Shown here piece after piece: positions 57,669-64,000 of a DNA stretch of 64,000 bases. Within the stretch, counting starts at the first letter, position 1; the number at the start of each line of letters is the position of its first letter. Source of the stretch: Takakia lepidozioides (Eukaryota > Plantae > Bryophyta); NCBI GenBank assembly GCA_030704615.1, contig CM060732.1, positions 19,840,001 to 19,904,000 of the forward strand, given 5' to 3'. Position numbers and translations under genes: made by a program. Below the pieces are notes generated by a model. It saw only the letters and a list, made by a program, of their open reading frames with translations, was not told the origin of the DNA and made no database searches.

Positions 57669-59032
57669 CAGAAGTCAGACACAAAAAATCATGAATCGGT
57701 GATGATCGGTGTCGATCATAACACATTCTACTAGAGTGGAGCTGCAGAGAAAATTGAAACTCATGATCAAAGCACAAGCAGAAGGGAGACGGCATACCAG
57801 CTGACCAGGGAAACCCAAGGTAGAGGTTGTTCACACAATTCCATGTGCGCAAAACTTCAAACCCTGAAGACTTGAGGTATGATGCCAATGCCCGACGACT
57901 ATCATTGTCACATGACTGAAAAAGCAGAAGTGTCCCTGCATCAGAGAGGAAGTTGTTACAGAACCCAAACACCCAACTCCAGTAGTTGTCCTCGAATTTG
58001 TTCCAGCCTGGCGTCTTGCCCTTTGGAAGAACTTCTGGCACAGCCTGGCCATCCGGGATGTCGAGAATGACAATGTCGGCCGCATAAGTTTTCTGCACAC
58101 CGCACACGAAGGTGGGACCTGTGCTCACCTGCAACAGACATGTTTTTTATAAGAACGATGGCAAGATTGTTTTCAAAGAACGAGACTGAAATATTGCCAA
58201 CAAAACTTTCAGAGAAAAAGGAAAGAAACTGGAATTCTCACCAGATTGAGGAATGAGATTATATTGTCCCAGGTAGGGGATGGCACCCCAGTGTATCCTC
58301 TCTTTCGACTCTACATCATCGAAAGCCAACCCTCATTAACAATTTTCATCTCTCCTGCTGAATCAGAACGGGAAGGGTGTGGCTTGGCATCGAACACGCA
58401 CTGAAGAGTGCGGGTATATCTTCCAGCAGTAAAGTCCTGCCCACTCTCCATCTCCTTTTCATTCTCCTTCCCCTTGTCCTTTTCCTTCTCTTTGGACTTG
58501 TCTTTGTCCTTTGGCTTTGCTGGTGAGATGGCTATGACATCAACAGCCTTGTCTTTTGGTTTGCGGCCCGCCTTCTTTCCTTCTGCGGCGTTCCCTGAGC
58601 ATCAGGCTCCTTGGCAGCCAATGTTGCTATGTTTCGTTGAAACTCTTCGTCAGTCAAAGGCGCCAGCATCTCAGCGTTATTGTTCAAGTATTTCATATGT
58701 TGTTCTTGAAAGGTCGTGTGCTCAGGTGGGCAGTCAAGGTACCACCCACAGTCTCTGAAGTGAGAAGGACTCCAGTCCTTCAATATCCCTGCAGTATACA
58801 TGGTTGGATCGTTTGCAGGGTCCGACCACATATCAAGATAGTCGGGAATTCCGCTCAGGTGATTTCCTTCCATAAGCACATATTTCGTGTACCTGAAAAA
58901 AGGAGATAAATCCCAACCCACAAAAGCGCTCAGTGAGTAAGATGCAAGTAGAACAGAATGAAAAAAACATAGATTGAAATGGCTCTGAGAACTGCTCCAA
59001 GGACCTTTCAGGACCACACTATTGCTCCAGAT

Positions 59033-62000
59033 ATGAATGTCGTCAACGCCATTCAGAACATTCCATTCAATGATACTGTAAATACACCCTAATCCAGGTG
59101 AATGCAAATTATCGTTTAGGAATGACACAGACATAGAAGTGAATGTCGTCAACGACATTCACTAATGAAGCCAAATTATTACTTAAATGAAGCAAAATCA
59201 CAGGATGGAAATCAAAAAATCGAGTAAGGAACCCTCTCGGAAAACTCAATGCACATTCACAACGAACATATCACTGAGGACCTCACAACATCACTGTATG
59301 TGAATGGCGTCAACGCCATTCACAAACATACCAACAAGAAACCAATTACTTAGCTCCCAATCCATGTAAATTCAATTTGTCGCTGTTGAATAATACAGAC
59401 ACAGCAGTGAATGTCGTCAACGACATTCACTTTGGATTTCTCATAACAGAGCTTATCAAGCCTCCAGATTCCTCGAAAGAGGCAAAAACAATGCAGAACA
59501 ACTGAATGTCTGCATTGACATTCAGCAAAATGAAGTGAGGAACCCTCACTGTAACCTCTATGGACATTACAAAAATTTACATAACTCTGAGGACCTCTCA
59601 GCAACTCTGTATGTGAATGTCGTCAACGCCATTCAAGGACATTATCAATTCTAATCAGGGACAATATAATTGCACCCTTAGATCCTAACCAGGTGAATTC
59701 ATATACTCGCTTAAGAATGACTCAGACAAAGAAGTGAATGTCGTCAACGACATTCAATCTGGATCTAAGATTGCAATCCATATGAAGCCACATTTTTTCC
59801 CAAAAAAAACAGTAGAGTTTCAAGTATGACATTGCACCTGTACACAACTCGCATCATGGCCCACTCTCCTCCAACCTGACTGTCAAAGTCGTTGGACCGT
59901 AAAATGTTACCATCTTTGGAGAACTCCCGGAAAAAACAGTATCTCCAGGTGAGACCTCTCCACTTCCTTATGTATGCCTCCAATGACATTTGGGGAGGGG
60001 AAACAATCGAAATGTTCAGGTCCTTCAAAGTCTGATCCAGAACAATGACGGCGCGTTTTTCGAGCTGCAAATAGTATATTTGTCAGAATTGCAAATAAGA
60101 TACTCATCACATACTTGAAGAGAAGAAAACAACATGTTTGAATACACACCTGACTCCAAAATGTAGCCTTGTGGAGCCAGTTATCAAACACCAAATCACT
60201 GATTCCTTCCACCTTTGTGCCAGGCTGTATGGTGCTCTTTGGGAACTGATTCAAGTCCTTTATTGTTTGATCTGAGTTCCATATCTCCAGCCACCTTATT
60301 TTTGTTTGTGGGTCGACCATCGATATGGCCAGCCTGTGCAATTTCTCCTGCTGCATCTCCGGATGCACATGCTTGTCATAGTGTGTTTTGATCTGCTGAA
60401 GGAACTCAGGACCAAGTCCAGGATCTACTATTCTAAGCTGCTTTCCGAAGGCGGACATCAATTTGGTTCTTCGCATTTCAAACTCCTTCTTTATTGCAGC
60501 TTCCACACCCTTTGATGTCCTTAGTTCTTCTGGTGTAGTGCGGTAATATTCGGATTTTCCCTTCTCAGCTACCTCTGCCAGTTCTTGCTGCATTGATTCA
60601 AGTAGTGATTAGCTCCGAAGGGACTACAAACATGTATTCAAAAAGTAAACAGAGTACAGACTCGGGCTTACCGCATACATGTACTCCAGAAACGCCTCTC
60701 GTGTCAAAGAATACCAAGTGCCTGCAGCTCTTCCTGTTTCGCACTTCTTGATGATATTGGGTGGTAGTACTGTCCGAAAATCATCCAGCTTCATCAGACC
60801 AATCCTCTGAATTCGAAATAGTGTGTGAACCAAGCTTGTTGTCACATGCGATTTCTCTGTCGATCTGCAAAAACATTGGAAACATTGCATTCCTTAACAC
60901 TGTTTTATGAGGATTAATAAGACACTACAGAGGGAATGAAATCTCCTGGATGACTTACTTGTTCACGTCGTGCATAGCTGTAAGAAGCCTAGCGATGTCG
61001 TTTCTAGGATCCAAAACCATTGCCTCCACAGCAACATGCTTGTCTTTATCTTTCGAATGGTGTTTCTGAATGTATCCCATCCATGCCAGCAATCGGTGGT
61101 TGCCGTCCCAGACGTAGAACATGTGGTTGCAGAATTGTTGGGTGTTCTTTCCCATCATGAGGCCCAGCTCGAACTCCTCATTGGCATCTTTCCAGCACTC
61201 ATCCCAGTTATCACTGATCTCTGGAGACACTAATGTGCTTTTCCCATTTATATCCGTCAGTGACACATAAAAAACTTGTGCACCAAGTCTATATCCATGC
61301 ACAAAATCACTCTCCAATTTTGTTATGTCATGGGAAAGAGGTGGACGCACAACAGGCATTGATATCATCCGGCACAGAGGTATGTCCAGACGCCCTCCAG
61401 ATACGAGCATGTCCCTTATAACCTCCTGAGAGTTTACCTTCTGGAATGACATGAGTTCTTTCACCTTGTCAAGGTAGTGCACTTCGGATTCATCTGCTTC
61501 ATCTGTATTCTCAGAGCTTTTTGCGGACTCGTCCCCATCTCAAGATCCTTTCCCCTCTGATCCTGTAGGCTTCGACCTCGCAGTTTTCTGCACGATGCCA
61601 TTCAGTTCTGACTGAGTGATTTGCAAATAGTGAATGGCGGTAACGACCATCACTCTGTCTCAAGGAAACTCACCATGAATGGTGTGAAAGAATTCAGCAC
61701 AATCTACACAAGAAAAGCTGAGACTGCCGTATTCAAAACAAAAGCGAGAGCGATTGCGAACGGCGTTAACGACAATCACAAAAGATAACGACCTGCCGGA
61801 TCGGTGTTGTGTAATGACATACATGTGCAACTGATTGGCGGCAACGACATTCAGTGTAGTTTAGGGCGGATAGTAAGTGCAGACTCTCTCTTCAAACACA
61901 TAGGTACATAAATCTCATGAGGAGAATCGAATGGCGTTAACGACGCTCGCAATTCAGTAGTTCCTGCTAAAGAAGGGAAGAGGAATGACTCCTTGAAAGG

Positions 62001-62055
62001 CAATCAGACAGACTGTATGATCTGAACACCAGTGAATGACTGTACCGATAGTCAC
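59033..62055. repeat. Intronic 24-bp palindromes of copy 4 (consensus GTGAATGTCGTCAACGACATTCAC)
   Basis: Copies start at ~59033, 59139, 59300, 59407, 59502, 59613, 59734, 61630, 61756, 61831, 61927, 62032. Confidence 0.88.
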
Positions 62056-63288
62056 CAACTCATTGTGCTGTAAACCCTTCGTAGAGAAGTAGAAAGCAAA
62101 TCACCTTTGTGATGGTTGGTAGCGACAATCCCTGTCTGGGACATTCCACTATCTTACTTACTGGCACCTTCTTAGGTTTTGAAATTTGATCCCCTTCTGC
62201 AGCTTTCCTCTTCCCTCTCACATCTGCTGGAATTTCTGTCTGCGCTAGGGTTTCTTGACCTTCTCCCGGTTCGGCGTTCCGCGTGCTTCCACCTCCTTCA
62301 ATGTCCCTGCGAATCATCTCTGCCTCCACAGGCTGGCGCACTCTTATCGCTGACTGTGTCACAGCCGCTGCCTCAGTCTCCGTCTGCTCTTGTGAATCAG
62401 TCTCCGCGTTCACCTGCTGCCTTGGCCCTGTGTTCTCCAACAAACGACGCCTCGTCATTTTCTCTCTTGCTCTGCGTCTCTCTCTAAGGGAAGTATAATA
62501 AAGTGACTTTCTTCTCTTTCGTATTCTAGAAGGAACCCTCTCCAGCTTGACTACCACTCTCCCTCTAAGCGCGAAAAGTAGAAAAACGCAGTGACTCCCG
62601 ATTTCTTGCGGGATTGTCTGCGTTCTTGCGTGTCTCTAGAAGCATCGGATTCCCTCCCGCGTGACCGTTACACATAGTCGTTCCCTTATTAGTGCACATG
62701 CCAGCAATTGGTGTACAGCTGTTCGTATTCAGTTATGGATGTCTGACGTGTGTCGCCCAAAAAAAACGGCGTGTTCTTTATTAGAACGGTTTCAATATTT
62801 AAAAATAACAGCAAATCCCAGAAATTTTGGCGCAGTCTTACACAAATAAATGTAAATGAACGAGAGTTTGATGACAAATCTTGGAATATCATACACGGTC
62901 ATCCTTGTTAGCCAAACCCCACATTCGTTTCACATTTGGAACTTTCTAGGTGCGCATGATCATTGGTAGTAGTATATAGATACATTTACTTAATCTGCAA
63001 TCCCATTTTCAGATCCTGTGGCATGCTTCCAGGAAGTCGGCTTTGATTTTGGGTTTATTGATGAGGTTCTGGTTAACGGTTTTACGGCTGCCGACACTGC
63101 ACCTAGGGATACTCTGACCACTGGGCCCACAAGAAAAGTAATTAAAATGGACGGCTGCATATCAAGAAAGAATAACATAATATGCACAGTCGTTATCTGA
63201 GCTTCCTCCGCCATATTCTCTGCTCATTCTTCAACCGTTTTACACTAGATCTGCGATAGCAAGGTACAAACGTACGCGAGGAAGGAAG

Positions 63289-64000
63289 ATGGCTTCCTCT
63301 GAAGCGGAGTTCTTCTCTGACGACAAACCAGTGCCGTTCTCCCAGGAAGTCATTGACAATGGATTTGCAATTGTTCTGGAACATGTCTTGGCTACCCGTT
63401 TTCAGCTGCAGAATGGCTCCATCTTTTTGGAGAAAGAGGTGTACGATCTTAAAGGGAAGTTGGTGAAATATTCTTTCCAAAACCGTGATGAGACGGCTCA
63501 TATCAGCCAGTGGAGAGTGCGTCCTGGTCGATACAGAGTACTTGGAGAGCCTCGGCGAAAATCCCTTGGGTCATATGTGACGCCCGGGACTGATGCTTCG
63601 GTCGTTGAAGACAAGAGGGAGGTGGTGGTGAAAAAAGAACAGACGTCCTCCACTCCAATCGTTGAGCTTTCGGATTCTTCCGATGATGACATAAGTGAAA
63701 TTCCAAATCCAGTCCTCCCTACTGTGGTTGGAGAAGCTGATGAAGAAGAGATTTGTAGTGTCATTCCAAAATTGCGGGCGATGGGAGGAATGGCTGGATT
63801 CAAAAGTGAGTTGCGGGGAATTGATTGGGAATCTTTGAAGCAGGTGCCTGTGAAGTTCTTGCCGGAGACTTTTGATGGCGATATCCTATTCGAGCTGCCT
63901 CCTCCTCCGCGAGTTGGAGGTGTAACAATCATGATGCATGGAATGGACAAGAAACACGACGGGCACCCGTGGTGCAGAACAAAAATATCCAATATTCAGA
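63289..64000 (+). CDS. MULE transposase, copy 4, N-terminal part (open to the window end)
   Basis: MASSEAEFFSDD..DNGFAIV..EKEVYD..WRVRPGRYR..LSDSSDDD..FDGDILFELPPP..GMDKKHDGHPWCRTK aligns with the start of ORF 1135-3150. Absent from the ORF track because it has no stop in the window. Confidence 0.88.
   Translation, partial: MASSEAEFFSDDKPVPFSQEVIDNGFAIVLEHVLATRFQLQNGSIFLEKEVYDLKGKLVKYSFQNRDETAHISQWRVRPGRYRVLGEPRRKSLGSYVTPGTDASVVEDKREVVVKKEQTSSTPIVELSDSSDDDISEIPNPVLPTVVGEADEEEICSVIPKLRAMGGMAGFKSELRGIDWESLKQVPVKFLPETFDGDILFELPPPPRVGGVTIMMHGMDKKHDGHPWCRTKISNIQ

Larger units (their letters stand above)
44800..62458 (-). pseudogene. ParB/Srx-like + N6A/N4C MTase-like passenger gene, copy 4 (retrotransposon in an intron)
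   Basis: Exons colinear with 24686-29100: first exon ~62104-62458, FYVWDGNHRLLAW (~61080-61120), DIVILDIPDG (~58050-58080), RGAKEK..VVDLSVST, AIYHACKTGGRSLFGMEGD (~45225-45290). Frameshifts present. Confidence 0.72.
44244..64000. mobile_element. MULE copy 4: ParB/MTase-like gene (-) and divergent transposase (+); interrupted by the DNMT-Gypsy; runs off the window
   Basis: Inverted homologue of copy 2 that keeps the first exon, the intergenic promoter region (~62460-63288) and the transposase start. Confidence 0.82.

Overview
Eukaryotic nuclear DNA, most likely from a non-seed land plant (inferred from PLS-DYW PPR genes, a plant-type ABCG half-transporter, a chloroplast ClpP5 fragment and GT-AG introns). 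The window is a nest of mobile elements around one intact host gene (ABCG, 32369-34423 -) and two decayed PPR genes. (1) Four members of a Mutator-like (MULE) DNA transposon family (GCM-like Zn domain, DDE core, SWIM). Two of them carry a divergently transcribed, multi-exon passenger gene with a ParB/Srx-like domain and a bacterial-style beta-class N6A/N4C methyltransferase fold. Its introns contain many 24-bp palindromes whose sequence differs between the two copies while symmetry is kept. (2) A young, apparently intact 11.9-kb Ty3/Gypsy element (45736-57668, CAGA target duplication) encoding Gag-protease-DNMT3-like C5 methyltransferase, then after an in-frame UAG-CAA-CCA an RT-RNaseH-integrase-PHD. 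Its terminal repeats are split as A-internal-B-A-B, with a palindromic B/A junction and a self-complementary primer site instead of a tRNA PBS. It carries a captured ClpP5 fragment and sits in an intron of the MULE methyltransferase-like gene. (3) Two decayed or truncated Gypsy elements, one with a clear -1 frameshift signal. All family assignments come from motif recognition by eye; no database searches were run.
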